Under the pieces are notes generated by a model that had not been told where the DNA came from, did not search any database, and saw only the letters and a program-made list of their open reading frames with translations. Of a stretch of DNA of 64,000 nucleotides, positions 16,331 through 26,243 are shown piece after piece (position 1 is the stretch's first letter; each line of letters opens with the position of its first letter). Source of the DNA: Candidatus Aenigmatarchaeota archaeon (GTDB taxonomy: Archaea; Aenigmatarchaeota; Aenigmatarchaeia; CG10238-14; SpSt-28); assembly GCA_038997305.1 (NCBI GenBank), contig JAWAZZ010000002.1, positions 8,217 through 72,216 of the forward strand, read 5' to 3'. Position numbers and translations under genes: made by a program.

Positions 16331-18652
16331 ATGAAAAAACTCAAATTTAATACATTAGAAAGACACATTTTTAAAATAATAGAAAAAATAAAAATTCCAC
16401 TCATAACCACTTCAATCCTTCTCTTAATAATTTACCTAGCTTTTTTTGTTAGATTAAAAACAGCGTATACAGATATTCCTCTAGATTATGATCCTTGGTG
16501 GTTTTATAGACATGCAAAGGATATAGTAGAAAGATTTGATGAAGAGCATAGATTTGTTTTAAGTGCTTGGGATGTTTTAAGCTATTTCCCTCCAGGTAGA
16601 CCTATATTTTACGACGGATATAGTTATACTATTGCAATTTCCTACATTTTACTAAGAGATTATATTCACTTAAACTTCGAAAAATATACTGTGTATTTTA
16701 TAGCTGTATTTGCTGCTTTAGTTGCTATTCCTGCATTCTTTTTGGCAAAGTTTTTAACAAAAAGTAATTTAGCTGGTTTACTTGCTGCTTTTATAATAAC
16801 TCTTTCACCTGCGTTTCTAACAGTTTCTATGGCTGGTTATGTTGATAGCGACGTGGTATATGTCTTTTACACATATCTTTCTATTCTTTCAACTCTCCTT
16901 CTTTTTGAAAAATTCTTTAATGAAAAAATAGATTTTGTTAGAAGAAAAAATCTAAACAAAATCATAAGGCTAATACCTTACATCTTATTTACGATAGTTT
17001 CCTACTTCTTATTTGCATGGAACTGGAACTCTGCATATTACTTTTTACATTTCTTCGTTGTCTTTTTTGTAATCTACGGAGCTCTTAAGATTATAATACT
17101 TCCGCTATTCAAAATATCTAATTCAAAAGAAGGTTTTATAGAAATTCTTAATCTTGCTATAATCTTTTTAATTCCTATAGTTTTGGTAGAGATTTTAACA
17201 TTCTACATAGAAAATGCATTTAACACTGTATTACCACATCCGATACAGACTTTAATAAATCAATATATTCTTGCAATTAAAGGTGGTTTAACTAGAGCTT
17301 TATTAGTTAACGTATCTGTAGCAGAACTTCAAACCCTAAACCCATTTAGCTTAGAAGGTATAAAGCAAATAGCAAACAGAGTTGGACTAATGTCATTTAT
17401 TTTTTCAATTCTTTTAATTCCACTTTTCCTTTTCAAAATGCTTACAAAAAGATTTGAATGGAAGGAAATTTTCTTAATTTCTTGGCTATTAATTTCTCTA
17501 TATCTCATTTCGCAAGGAGTTAGATTTTCTTTGCTTTTTGCAACGTCTTTAGCAATAATTTCATCATACACTTTGATTTCTTTTTATAATATTGCTTTGA
17601 ATTACATTCAAAAAAACAGAAAAGATTTTGTTATATTCTTTAACACATTTTTCTTTGCTTTTATATTTCTTTTTGCCTTCTATTACTTAGATAATGCGTT
17701 TAAAATCGCTAATGCAATGAAAGGAATGGAAATTAATGAAAATTGGAGAAGTGCTTTAGATTTCATTAAAACTCATGGAGATGAATATACTTTAGTCGCT
17801 ACCTGGTGGGATCCAGGCCATATAATAGCTGGTTATACTGGAATGAAAGTTCACGCAGATGGCGCACATTGTAGCTGGGAAGCTTGCATTCCATATAATC
17901 ATGACATAAGAATCCAAGATATGGGAAGAATATTAACAACATCAAACGAAACTGAAGCATATGAAATTCTTAAAAAATATACAAGAATTTCTCAAGAAGA
18001 TTGTAAAAGAGTTAAAAACGCTTTTCCAGAACTTTTTAACGAGAGTATTTGCAACATAACAATCAAAAAAGTTTACTTTATTGCTAGCCAAGATCTTATA
18101 TTTAAATATTACTGGCCTTATTACTTCTCTTCTTGCTTAAGAAAATACTATCCAGATAATTCAATATGTTATACAAGAAGTGGAATAGAAAACTTTTTCT
18201 TTATAAACAAACAAGCAGAAGGTAAAGTATATTCTTTCTTCATATTAAACATCCAGAAATCTGATATTAATAGAAACATCTTAGTTTATACAAGCCAAGC
18301 AGTTATTAACAATAGAGTAGTAGATGTTGATATAACTATCAAACCAGAAATTTATGAAAATCAAACAATCTTAGTTCCTTATTTAATGAATAGAGACGTA
18401 ATTAAATATTTGGTATATTATCCTGCAGGACAACCAATAGTATTGAATTTAGAAAATTATGGAAAAAAGGCTAATGTAAATGCAATGGTCATATTAGATC
18501 CTTCATTACAATACTTAATTTTTGCTGATTCTGATTTGATGAATTCAATGTTTACTAAAATGTATTTCTTAAATGGAATTGGTTTGGAAAAGTTTAAGTT
18601 AGTATTCAATAATCCAGAAGTTAAAATATATGAAGTTAATTTTGAACAATAA
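16331..18652 (+). CDS. aglB: Archaeal oligosaccharyltransferase AglB (STT3 family)
   Basis: 773-aa polytopic membrane protein with the catalytic WWDxG-type motif (LVATWWDPGHIIAGY) in the periplasmic domain. Plausible BRE/TATA (AAAAATTTTTATTTAAATA) about 25 bp upstream. Confidence 0.85.
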   Translation: MKKLKFNTLERHIFKIIEKIKIPLITTSILLLIIYLAFFVRLKTAYTDIPLDYDPWWFYRHAKDIVERFDEEHRFVLSAWDVLSYFPPGRPIFYDGYSYTIAISYILLRDYIHLNFEKYTVYFIAVFAALVAIPAFFLAKFLTKSNLAGLLAAFIITLSPAFLTVSMAGYVDSDVVYVFYTYLSILSTLLLFEKFFNEKIDFVRRKNLNKIIRLIPYILFTIVSYFLFAWNWNSAYYFLHFFVVFFVIYGALKIIILPLFKISNSKEGFIEILNLAIIFLIPIVLVEILTFYIENAFNTVLPHPIQTLINQYILAIKGGLTRALLVNVSVAELQTLNPFSLEGIKQIANRVGLMSFIFSILLIPLFLFKMLTKRFEWKEIFLISWLLISLYLISQGVRFSLLFATSLAIISSYTLISFYNIALNYIQKNRKDFVIFFNTFFFAFIFLFAFYYLDNAFKIANAMKGMEINENWRSALDFIKTHGDEYTLVATWWDPGHIIAGYTGMKVHADGAHCSWEACIPYNHDIRIQDMGRILTTSNETEAYEILKKYTRISQEDCKRVKNAFPELFNESICNITIKKVYFIASQDLIFKYYWPYYFSSCLRKYYPDNSICYTRSGIENFFFINKQAEGKVYSFFILNIQKSDINRNILVYTSQAVINNRVVDVDITIKPEIYENQTILVPYLMNRDVIKYLVYYPAGQPIVLNLENYGKKANVNAMVILDPSLQYLIFADSDLMNSMFTKMYFLNGIGLEKFKLVFNNPEVKIYEVNFEQ

Positions 18653-18655
18653 TTC

Positions 18656-20095
18656 ATGAGAGAAAAAATAATATACTCAATATTACCACTAATCTTGTTG
18701 CTACTCCTTATTTTAACATCTAATATCTTAACTAAGAAAGAATTTATAATTTCAGAAGCTGAAAATTTAAATTGTGATAATTTAATTTCAATAGGTTCAA
18801 AAATAACTTCTATTAACGATAAATACATAGAATCAAAAAAAGATTTTGATAATGTAATAAATGATTTAAGGGTTAATCAAACTTTCTTTATTGTCGCAGA
18901 TAATAAGATAATAAGATGTTTATGGAAAAACGAAAGTAAATTAGATATAGTAGAAGTAATAAACAAACCTATAGGCTTTGGAATAAACGTAGAAAGATTA
19001 TACCTAGAAAACTCGGAAAAAAACAAAAAGTTTCTAAAATATTTAGGTTATTCAAATTTCATTGAAGATGATAAATACTTAATTTTACCTTATGATAGTA
19101 AATTGTTACTAGCTTTAAGCTCAAAACAAAACATTTCATTCTATATCGAAAGAATTTTAAACGTAGACAATGAATCTGTAATAATAGAAAATAAAAAACT
19201 TGGTCTAGATGAACTAAAAAATCTCTTTGATGAAGTTGTATTCAACGAAAATAACGTAACTGTTAGAAAATTCTTATTTAATCAAAACGATTTAATAGAT
19301 TTTAACTATAAGATTACTCATCTAACATATATTAATGTATACTATGTTACTTTCGAATTTGAAATAGATGAGAATGCTTCAAAAACCCTAAACGAATATC
19401 TTCAAACAATACCAATTAGACTTATAAATTTTGAGAAATATTATGATGCAAAGCTCTTAGTAAAGGTTGATAACAATGTTCTACTAGATTTCTATCTACC
19501 ATACACAACTTTCGAAAGAAAAATAAATATAACCTTAATAAACTTCGAAGATTATAAAAAGGTTGTAGAAACCTTTTCACAATACTTCCTATCAAAATCT
19601 GAGATAAAAGAAGAATTTGGATTCAAGCTCTTCTTTTTCGATATAGTTATAATATTAGTTTCTTCCCTTCTAACACTCTATTTAATAATAAAGAAAAAGA
19701 TAGAAAAAAGCTCTATGATAATTGTTTCTCCTCTAATTTTTTCTTCTCTCTTTTTCTCATCTCTTTTGTTCCTCTCCTTCTTAATACTCTATCTAATATT
19801 TACTTTAAAAAACAGAAAATTAGATCTAACAAGAATGTTAATTGTCATTATCTCATTAATTCCAGTTATTTATTATTTTAACTATGTGTACTTTTCTATT
19901 TTCTTCTTTTTCTTCTCACTTTTAATTTACAATATCTCAGAATTCATAGCGCTAAAATATCATAAACTAAGAGGAATTTTAGAAATTCTTTTAGGAATTG
20001 TGGCTCTTTCGATTTACTTCTTTAATCCGATAATATCTTATTCTTTATTAATCTCAGTATTTGCAAAAGTTTATCGAGAATTTTATAGTTATTAA
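18656..20095 (+). CDS. Hypothetical membrane protein: N-terminal signal/anchor, large extracytoplasmic domain, C-terminal multi-TM region
   Basis: Starts 4 nt after aglB, so probably co-transcribed. No recognisable family. Confidence 0.35.
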   Translation: MREKIIYSILPLILLLLLILTSNILTKKEFIISEAENLNCDNLISIGSKITSINDKYIESKKDFDNVINDLRVNQTFFIVADNKIIRCLWKNESKLDIVEVINKPIGFGINVERLYLENSEKNKKFLKYLGYSNFIEDDKYLILPYDSKLLLALSSKQNISFYIERILNVDNESVIIENKKLGLDELKNLFDEVVFNENNVTVRKFLFNQNDLIDFNYKITHLTYINVYYVTFEFEIDENASKTLNEYLQTIPIRLINFEKYYDAKLLVKVDNNVLLDFYLPYTTFERKINITLINFEDYKKVVETFSQYFLSKSEIKEEFGFKLFFFDIVIILVSSLLTLYLIIKKKIEKSSMIIVSPLIFSSLFFSSLLFLSFLILYLIFTLKNRKLDLTRMLIVIISLIPVIYYFNYVYFSIFFFFFSLLIYNISEFIALKYHKLRGILEILLGIVALSIYFFNPIISYSLLISVFAKVYREFYSY

Positions 20096-20567
20096 ACAGA
20101 TAAAAGAAGAAAACAGCAAGTATAATAGAAAATATTACATCACTCATATAATGAACTCTCAAAACAAGAATAGAAAAAAATTCAAAAATCGAGAATAATA
20201 TTATTGGATATTTAAGATAAGGTACTCTAACAAAATAAATCGAAAACAGTATTAACAATGTAGCGAAATATGAATGAGACGAAGGAAACGAATAATCTAT
20301 CTTTTGAATTATACTACCTTCATATCTTTCTCTCTTAATTGTATATTTCAATATATAGATAGTAGAGAAACCTATTAAAGAAAGCAAAATCAATAAACTC
20401 AAAATACTTTTATTCTGTTCAAAAAAGTAAAAATATAAAGAAAAAACTAAAAATATTAAATAGAAGTAGTAATAAGAAAAAAATGCTAAGAACATTATGC
20501 TAGAAAAATCAAAATTATTGAGAAAGGAAAAAAATAGTCTATCTAAAAACTCTACATATTCAAACAT
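20022..20567 (-). CDS. PAP2-superfamily membrane phosphatase (candidate dolichyl-phosphate/pyrophosphate phosphatase)
   Basis: PAP2 motifs SFPSSHSY (PSGH-like) and RVHYMSDVIFS (SR-x5-H-x3-D) in a polytopic protein. Convergent with the aglB cluster. Confidence 0.55.
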   Translation of the reverse strand: MFEYVEFLDRLFFSFLNNFDFSSIMFLAFFSYYYFYLIFLVFSLYFYFFEQNKSILSLLILLSLIGFSTIYILKYTIKRERYEGSIIQKIDYSFPSSHSYFATLLILFSIYFVRVPYLKYPIILFSIFEFFSILVLRVHYMSDVIFSIILAVFFFYLFNNYKILDKLLQILRLIKNKILSD

Positions 20568-20578
20568 TTTCCTTCAAA

Positions 20579-21001
20579 TCAATCTTTTAGAATCTCTTTT
20601 ATTTTTTCTATTTTTTCTTTAAGCTTTTTGTTTTCTTCTATAATATTTGCTAGTTCTCCTGAAAAAAACAAATTGACTAGCTCGATTTCATTCTTCAATT
20701 CTCCCTTCTTCAAAAGTTCATAAGTTTCTAAAACTAATTTTCCTGCTTTAGATTCTCCTTCTATATGTTTCTTTATAGTTTGTTCAGTTCTCCCAACTTC
20801 TGTAGCAATTTCTCTTAAACTCATTTTGGCTTTTGCTCTTGCTATAGCTGCTGCAGCTACAAATAAACTGTCTACCCACGTTAGTCTTTCTTGTGGATCT
20901 TTTGCAAGCTCCAATACATCTTTTCTAAACAAAGTAGCAAAAAATAAATAATTCTGCAAATCCTCTATCTCTTTTCTTCCTATTGGATTTAATGGTATCA
21001 T
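20579..21001 (-). CDS. HTH DNA-binding regulator (140 aa)
   Basis: Helix-turn-helix segment [21 protein letters not shown]. Overlaps the KaiC-like gene by 4 nt. Confidence 0.45.
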   Translation of the reverse strand: MIPLNPIGRKEIEDLQNYLFFATLFRKDVLELAKDPQERLTWVDSLFVAAAAIARAKAKMSLREIATEVGRTEQTIKKHIEGESKAGKLVLETYELLKKGELKNEIELVNLFFSGELANIIEENKKLKEKIEKIKEILKD

Positions 21002-21720
21002 AATTTAACAATTCTATCTTTATGAACTATTATTCCTTTATCTGTTATTTCGAATTCGTGTCTTTTCATAGAGTGAGATGTACCTCTCATTTTCCAAATT
21101 ATTAAAGACCTTTTCAACTCTCCATTAATCTCGTCTAAATCTAGCCTTATTATTCCATCTACTCCATGCTCAACTCCAGGACCACCAAACCCTCTTTCTC
21201 CAACACTTATCTGACTTACAAAAATACTTGTAGTTCCTAAACCTGCAAAAACTCTTTTTAATGTTAATACAATCTTTCTAGCAACACTTGGTTTATCTAT
21301 ATATAATGTTGTGACACTATCAATAACAACCCTTTTTGCATTAACATTAGTTACTGCTTCTCTAACTACATCTATAAATTCCCTTAGATCTGTTAAATCT
21401 TGAACTATATATTTTTCATACTCTTTAGCCTTTCCTATTCCGCTACTAAACGCATCTACCAAAGCAAACATATTTTTTTCTTCATATTGCTTTACATTCC
21501 ATCCAAATTGTAACATGTTTTGCCTAACTTGTGCCGGATGTTCCTCTAAAGCAACATATACTCCATTTTCATTCATCTGCAGCCCATTCCATAAGAATTG
21601 TTGAGCAAATATAGTCTTTCCAGTACCTGGTCCTCCGCTTAATAAAACTACGTTTCTCTCTGGAATTCCCCCATTTAATAAATCATCTAAGCCAGGTATT
21701 CCTGTTTTTACTCTTCTCAT
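20998..21720 (-). CDS. KaiC-like single-domain RecA-superfamily ATPase
   Basis: [14 protein letters not shown]...[17 protein letters not shown], then YVALEEHP...FGWN, the KaiC/RadB-type pattern. Length 240 aa. Confidence 0.75.
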   Translation of the reverse strand: MRRVKTGIPGLDDLLNGGIPERNVVLLSGGPGTGKTIFAQQFLWNGLQMNENGVYVALEEHPAQVRQNMLQFGWNVKQYEEKNMFALVDAFSSGIGKAKEYEKYIVQDLTDLREFIDVVREAVTNVNAKRVVIDSVTTLYIDKPSVARKIVLTLKRVFAGLGTTSIFVSQISVGERGFGGPGVEHGVDGIIRLDLDEINGELKRSLIIWKMRGTSHSMKRHEFEITDKGIIVHKDRIVKL

Positions 21721-21741
21721 AAAATTATAGTGTTTGAAAAT

Positions 21742-24474
21742 TTAAAAAGATAAAACTTTTGATTTTGCGCTAGAAGAATAAAAGATTATTTCACCATTAC
21801 AAATAGGACATATACCATTTAACGTAGGTCTTCTATAAACTGTAGAGCAATTATTACAAATAAAACCTATTAATTCTTCATGCTTTATCTTATCTGCAAT
21901 ACCTTTCGAAATCTGCTTATTTTCGCTATTACCATTACCGTTTTTTATCGTATTATTTATTAAAGATAATAGGGAAATCTGCCTACTACCAGTTATAAAC
22001 TGAGAAGATGAAATACCTATTACATTGAATATTCTTTCGAGTGGAGGCAAAAGTTGATGATAGATATAATAATCTGCATCTATCGGTATCTTGTTTTTCT
22101 TTACATATTCTGGTGTTTCTGCCCTTTCAACAATTTTTTGTGGACCTGCAACTATTACATAACTTACTCTATCACCAACACCAGGTATATTTGCCTCTCC
22201 TCTCCTTATCATTTTCTTAACAAGCTCAATGTGTGGTTGCTGACCTTTATATTTATCTAACGGTCTTGATATCGATTTTACTATTGCCAATTTTTCTACA
22301 TCAATTTCATTATTTTTCAATTTCTTAAATATATCTCTTACATACTCAAAAGCTTTTTTCTTGTCGCCTTCTATCAGCAATATTTCTATCACTTTCGACA
22401 AAGTTTCGGTAACTAAATCACACCAATCTCTTCTTACAGTTTCTATACCTTTCATTACTATCTTACCATTATCTTTTAAATCTTCGAATAAATATCCAGC
22501 ATATTTTTTCTTTGTTATAAAAATTATTTTTTTCATTACACCTTCTATCTTCATCTTTATGTATTCTGGAGTTTTTGAATTAACATACTCTTCTATCTTT
22601 TTTCCTACTTCAAAAACTTTTTCAAAGCTATCTACATTATTACCAACTTTTACCATTACAGAATCTGTATCACCATAAACAACTTCATAACCTAGTTCTT
22701 TTTCTACTATTTCTTTAACTCTTGTTATCCAATATCTACCATAAGCTGTTATCGTGTTTGCAATGTCAGAAACAAAAAATCTAGCTCTCAAATATCCGCT
22801 ATATCCATAAAAAGCATTGGCTAAAAGTTTTAATGCTAGTTGTTTTGCATCAAGCAAATTTTTCTTTATAGGATCTTGTTCTTTTTTCATTAAGCTTTTT
22901 ACTTTATCTCTTTCTTCTATTAATCTTTTTAAAACTCTGGGATAAATTCCTTCTTTAACTTTTTTAGAAACAAAATATGTTTTAATGGGTGATTCTATAA
23001 CTTCTAATCCTTCTACTTTATTTTTTAAATAAGTTGTTGGGCAAATATTGTATTGAATTATTAAACTTGGATATAGAGATTTGAAATCTAAGTAAACAAC
23101 ATTTTCATGTAACCCTGCTTTAGGCTCTAAAACTATTGCACCTTTCACTTCTTCCTTTTCTCTTTCTTTCAATTCTCTTTTACTTGGTTTATTAGGTATA
23201 ACAATATCTTCTTTATTAAATTCTCTTAGCAAAAACTGTTCTATTCTTAAAGATTCGCTTCCACTTAATGAATCTTGCAATAATAATCCGCTCAATCTAG
23301 AAATTTCTATATACTGGGAAATAAAATCTCTGCTTAACATAATTTCCAAAACTAATTCTGCATCCGTTTTTGCATATTTTATCAATCTTAACAAATCTTC
23401 ATCACTTCCTTTCCAAAGTTTTATTATTTCACTTCTATCTACATCTTCCTTCGTTTTTCCTATAAGAATTTGAGCAACATCACCCAAACCCAATCTTTTT
23501 GTTTTAAACATTCCTTTTTTAGAAAATTCTTTAAGTATTTCGTAAAAGTCTATTATAACTCTTCCAACAATAGAATTTTTGTATCTTTCCTCACCTATTT
23601 TGGAAGATTTAGCCGATTTTTTAGCTCTTCCTAAATAGGGTTTTATCTTGTTTATTCTGCATCTTTCTACAATATATGGAATATCAAAGTTGTTGATGTT
23701 GTACCCAATTAAAAAATCGGGATCGAACTTTTTCACGATTTCTAAAAACTTTTTTAGCATTTCAGCTTCATTCTCAAAACTTAATATATAATCGTGCTCA
23801 TTACTTAAATTAACTTTTTTTGAAACTAATACCAAACTTTTTTTACCTTCAAATTCTGGATAAAACGATAGAGATATTATTGATATAGGATTCGTTTTAA
23901 CATCAGGAATTCCACTCTCATTTGCAACTTCAATATCAAAAGATAAAATTTTGAAATTAGGTAATTTATTTTCTTCTAATTCTTCAAACTTGCTAGCTTC
24001 GAATTTTAACTCTGTAAAAACTGTTTTTGTATGGTTAACAAATTCGCCTTCTGCTACATACCATTTACAACCAGCTAAATTATTATCTGCCATGAATCTA
24101 TATTTGAAAAGTATGTCTGCTTCGAATGTTTTTTCGACAAAACTTTGGGAATGTAAATCCTCTCTTATTAAAGGAACTTTCGAAGGATTTTTGAGAGTTA
24201 TCTTATATAACTTCGCTTTCTTATCCTGATAACCTATTGGCAAATATTTTTCAACCTTTTCAACTTTTACTATTAAATTCTTATATTTTCTTTCTAAAAA
24301 ATCAAAAAATAAATGTTCGCTGTTTTCTTTTATTTTAACATAAAAGTAAGGAAAGAAATTTCTAACAAAAATTGTTATGGAATTGTTTGTTTCAGTTTTT
24401 CCATATATTCTAATTAGAGGTACATCGTCTACAATATCATAATCTACATCTAACAAGAAAAAACTAACTTTCAT
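21742..24474 (-). CDS. polB: Family-B DNA polymerase (PolB copy 1) with a C-terminal Cys4 zinc-ribbon extension
   Basis: Exo I FDIEV, Exo II YNINNFDIPYI, Exo III YAKTDAEL. Pol A DFKSLYPSLII, Pol B KLLANAFYGYSGY, Pol C YGDTDS. C-terminal roughly 100-aa extension ending CNNCSTVYRRPTLNGICPICNG (C-x2-C-x14-C-x2-C). Confidence 0.95.
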   Translation of the reverse strand: MKVSFFLLDVDYDIVDDVPLIRIYGKTETNNSITIFVRNFFPYFYVKIKENSEHLFFDFLERKYKNLIVKVEKVEKYLPIGYQDKKAKLYKITLKNPSKVPLIREDLHSQSFVEKTFEADILFKYRFMADNNLAGCKWYVAEGEFVNHTKTVFTELKFEASKFEELEENKLPNFKILSFDIEVANESGIPDVKTNPISIISLSFYPEFEGKKSLVLVSKKVNLSNEHDYILSFENEAEMLKKFLEIVKKFDPDFLIGYNINNFDIPYIVERCRINKIKPYLGRAKKSAKSSKIGEERYKNSIVGRVIIDFYEILKEFSKKGMFKTKRLGLGDVAQILIGKTKEDVDRSEIIKLWKGSDEDLLRLIKYAKTDAELVLEIMLSRDFISQYIEISRLSGLLLQDSLSGSESLRIEQFLLREFNKEDIVIPNKPSKRELKEREKEEVKGAIVLEPKAGLHENVVYLDFKSLYPSLIIQYNICPTTYLKNKVEGLEVIESPIKTYFVSKKVKEGIYPRVLKRLIEERDKVKSLMKKEQDPIKKNLLDAKQLALKLLANAFYGYSGYLRARFFVSDIANTITAYGRYWITRVKEIVEKELGYEVVYGDTDSVMVKVGNNVDSFEKVFEVGKKIEEYVNSKTPEYIKMKIEGVMKKIIFITKKKYAGYLFEDLKDNGKIVMKGIETVRRDWCDLVTETLSKVIEILLIEGDKKKAFEYVRDIFKKLKNNEIDVEKLAIVKSISRPLDKYKGQQPHIELVKKMIRRGEANIPGVGDRVSYVIVAGPQKIVERAETPEYVKKNKIPIDADYYIYHQLLPPLERIFNVIGISSSQFITGSRQISLLSLINNTIKNGNGNSENKQISKGIADKIKHEELIGFICNNCSTVYRRPTLNGICPICNGEIIFYSSSAKSKVLSF

Positions 24475-24507
24475 GAAATTTTAAAATATGTATGTGATAT
24501 ATATGAG

Positions 24508-25518
24508 TTACTCTTCTCTATTATATATTTTCTTTTCTTTAAAATCGATTAAACAGTTCTTAAGGTTCTTAGGAATTTCTATCATTAACGGGTTTGTATC
24601 AACAAAATTCGCTCTATCTTTATTAGAATTGTAAACTATAAAAACGTTTGGTAATTGAAGAAGTAGTGCCATATCATCTTTATATTTTACAAACTCTTCG
24701 AACTTAGGTGTTATTAATCTAGTCTTTAAGAAAAAATCTAAATCAAAACCTATCTTATTCGAATCAATAGCAACAAAGAAGAAATCCTCTATAAAAAACC
24801 TATGTATAGGGATTTTCCTATCCAAATAAATAGTATTTTCTTCTACTTTATTTTCATCGGCTAAAAAAATATTTACATCTCCTTTATCTTCACTTTCTAT
24901 TTTTTCAGTAAAAAATCCTATTTTTAAATCTAAATTCGAGTTTTGTTTGGAAACTTTCTCAAAATCTTTTTGTTTAAATTCTGGAAAGAATATCTCTTCA
25001 AAAACTATTTGAGAATCTTCGAAAAAACATTTAGCACCTATTACTATATCTTCCCTTAAGTATTTCAAATAACTCTTAGCCTTTTCTGATAATTTGACTT
25101 CCACTCTAGAAGATAAATCCTCTATTACTATTTTTTCATCTCTAACCGAGTATAAAATTCCTATTATCGAAAATGTTTTAAACCTCTTAGAAATTTTATT
25201 AATAGAAATTGGATTTAAAAATAATACATCGTTCTTTATTATCTCAGAAAGTTTTTCGTATCTTCTTTTTATAATTTCTATATACTCTATTATTTTTATC
25301 TCGGTATGTAGTGTTGGAAATATCATCGAGATTTTATATATTTTTTTCTTAGCTTCCCTTAATATCTTTTCTATTTCATTTTTTTCTAGAACTTTTGGTT
25401 CTTGAGATTTTGGTAAACTATTCAATAATAACTTAAATTCGTCATCACTCAGCGATAGTATATATTTAGAATCCCTAACTAAATATCCTTTTTTTAAAAG
25501 TTCTATTATTCTATCCAT
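24508..25518 (-). CDS. Hypothetical protein; tentative PolD-DP1/eukaryotic B-subunit-like accessory protein with a degenerate phosphoesterase domain
   Basis: The N-terminus LLKKGYLVRDSKYILSLSDDEFKLLL resembles the DP1 N-terminal helical domain (LLENGYLITPSAYYLL...). It is followed by an OB-like segment (FSIIGILYSVRDEKIVIEDLSSRVEVKL...IVIGAKC). No intact calcineurin-type GDxHG or GNHE motifs. Ends 34 nt upstream of PolB on the same strand. Confidence 0.35.
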   Translation of the reverse strand: MDRIIELLKKGYLVRDSKYILSLSDDEFKLLLNSLPKSQEPKVLEKNEIEKILREAKKKIYKISMIFPTLHTEIKIIEYIEIIKRRYEKLSEIIKNDVLFLNPISINKISKRFKTFSIIGILYSVRDEKIVIEDLSSRVEVKLSEKAKSYLKYLREDIVIGAKCFFEDSQIVFEEIFFPEFKQKDFEKVSKQNSNLDLKIGFFTEKIESEDKGDVNIFLADENKVEENTIYLDRKIPIHRFFIEDFFFVAIDSNKIGFDLDFFLKTRLITPKFEEFVKYKDDMALLLQLPNVFIVYNSNKDRANFVDTNPLMIEIPKNLKNCLIDFKEKKIYNREE

Positions 25519-25527
25519 TTCATATTA

Positions 25528-25791
25528 TTATTTTTTAACTTCTAAATAGTAAAGTGTTAAGCCTTTTTCGTTTGGTTTTTTTGAATGTGGTGTTTCCATC
25601 TTTTTTACTCTATCTAGTTTTACCAATTCTTCTAAATATTTTCTGACTGTGTTCCAACTAACATTTTTTTTCAATCTTTCTGAAATAAATGCTGTTATTT
25701 TTCTCACGTTAGATGGATATGGATGTAATGAAAAATACTCTTCTATTAAAGAATAGATTTCAAATCTTATCGACGGTCTACCCCTCTTCAT
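25528..25791 (-). CDS. Small winged-helix DNA-binding protein (87 aa)
   Basis: Basic wHTH-like pattern (NVSWNTVRKYLEELVKLDRVKKMET...GLTLYYL). Borders the iteron-containing gap. Confidence 0.45.
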   Translation of the reverse strand: MKRGRPSIRFEIYSLIEEYFSLHPYPSNVRKITAFISERLKKNVSWNTVRKYLEELVKLDRVKKMETPHSKKPNEKGLTLYYLEVKK

Positions 25792-26058
25792 AATATTTTT
25801 TATGAACTTTCATATTATAATTTGTGCAATCCATATATATATTTACTTGATTTCTGTTTCTTAATAACATTGTAGTAAATAAAACAATCCTAAGTTTTTA
25901 ATACTAAAACAAAATTAATTAAAATTATAACGTTGTTATATTTGATATTGATCAATAAGTTATTAAAAATGTAACGTTATTAAAAATTGGACAAAATTTA
26001 AATAAAGATTAAATTCATTCTTTATTAAATTTGTTACACAAATATTTTTTCGAATATT

Positions 26059-26194
26059 TTCAGAAAAATTCTGAAACTTTTCAAAAATTCTTAGAAACTT
26101 CATAAAAATTGGTAGAATTTTCATAAAAAATGTTTGAAAGTTCATAGAAATTTTCTGAATATTTTCAAAAAATCTCTGAAAGTTCATAAAAATT
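26059..26194. repeat. Array of about seven imperfect 21-bp direct repeats (iterons), consensus about TCTGAAAGTTCATAAAAATTC
   Basis: Cores TTCAGAAAAATT, TTCAAAAATTC, TTCATAAAAATT, TTCATAAAAAAT, TTCATAGAAATT, TTCAAAAAATC and TTCATAAAAATT begin at about 26059, 26080, 26099, 26120, 26141, 26164 and 26183. Periodicity is 19-23 bp, about two helical turns. The array lies in the 452-bp non-coding gap 25792..26243. Confidence 0.6.
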
Positions 26195-26243
26195 CTCAGA
26201 AAATAACAAGAACAATATAGGAATAATCTTCACTTCTGAGAAG

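Noticed and set aside
25963-26187. 74-aa minus-strand ORF with a perfect heptad periodicity (MNFQRFF ENIQKIS MNFQTFF ...)
   Set aside because: The periodicity exactly mirrors the 21-bp DNA iterons it overlaps. Phe-rich low-complexity translation, no start context and no homology. Interpreted as non-coding repeat DNA.
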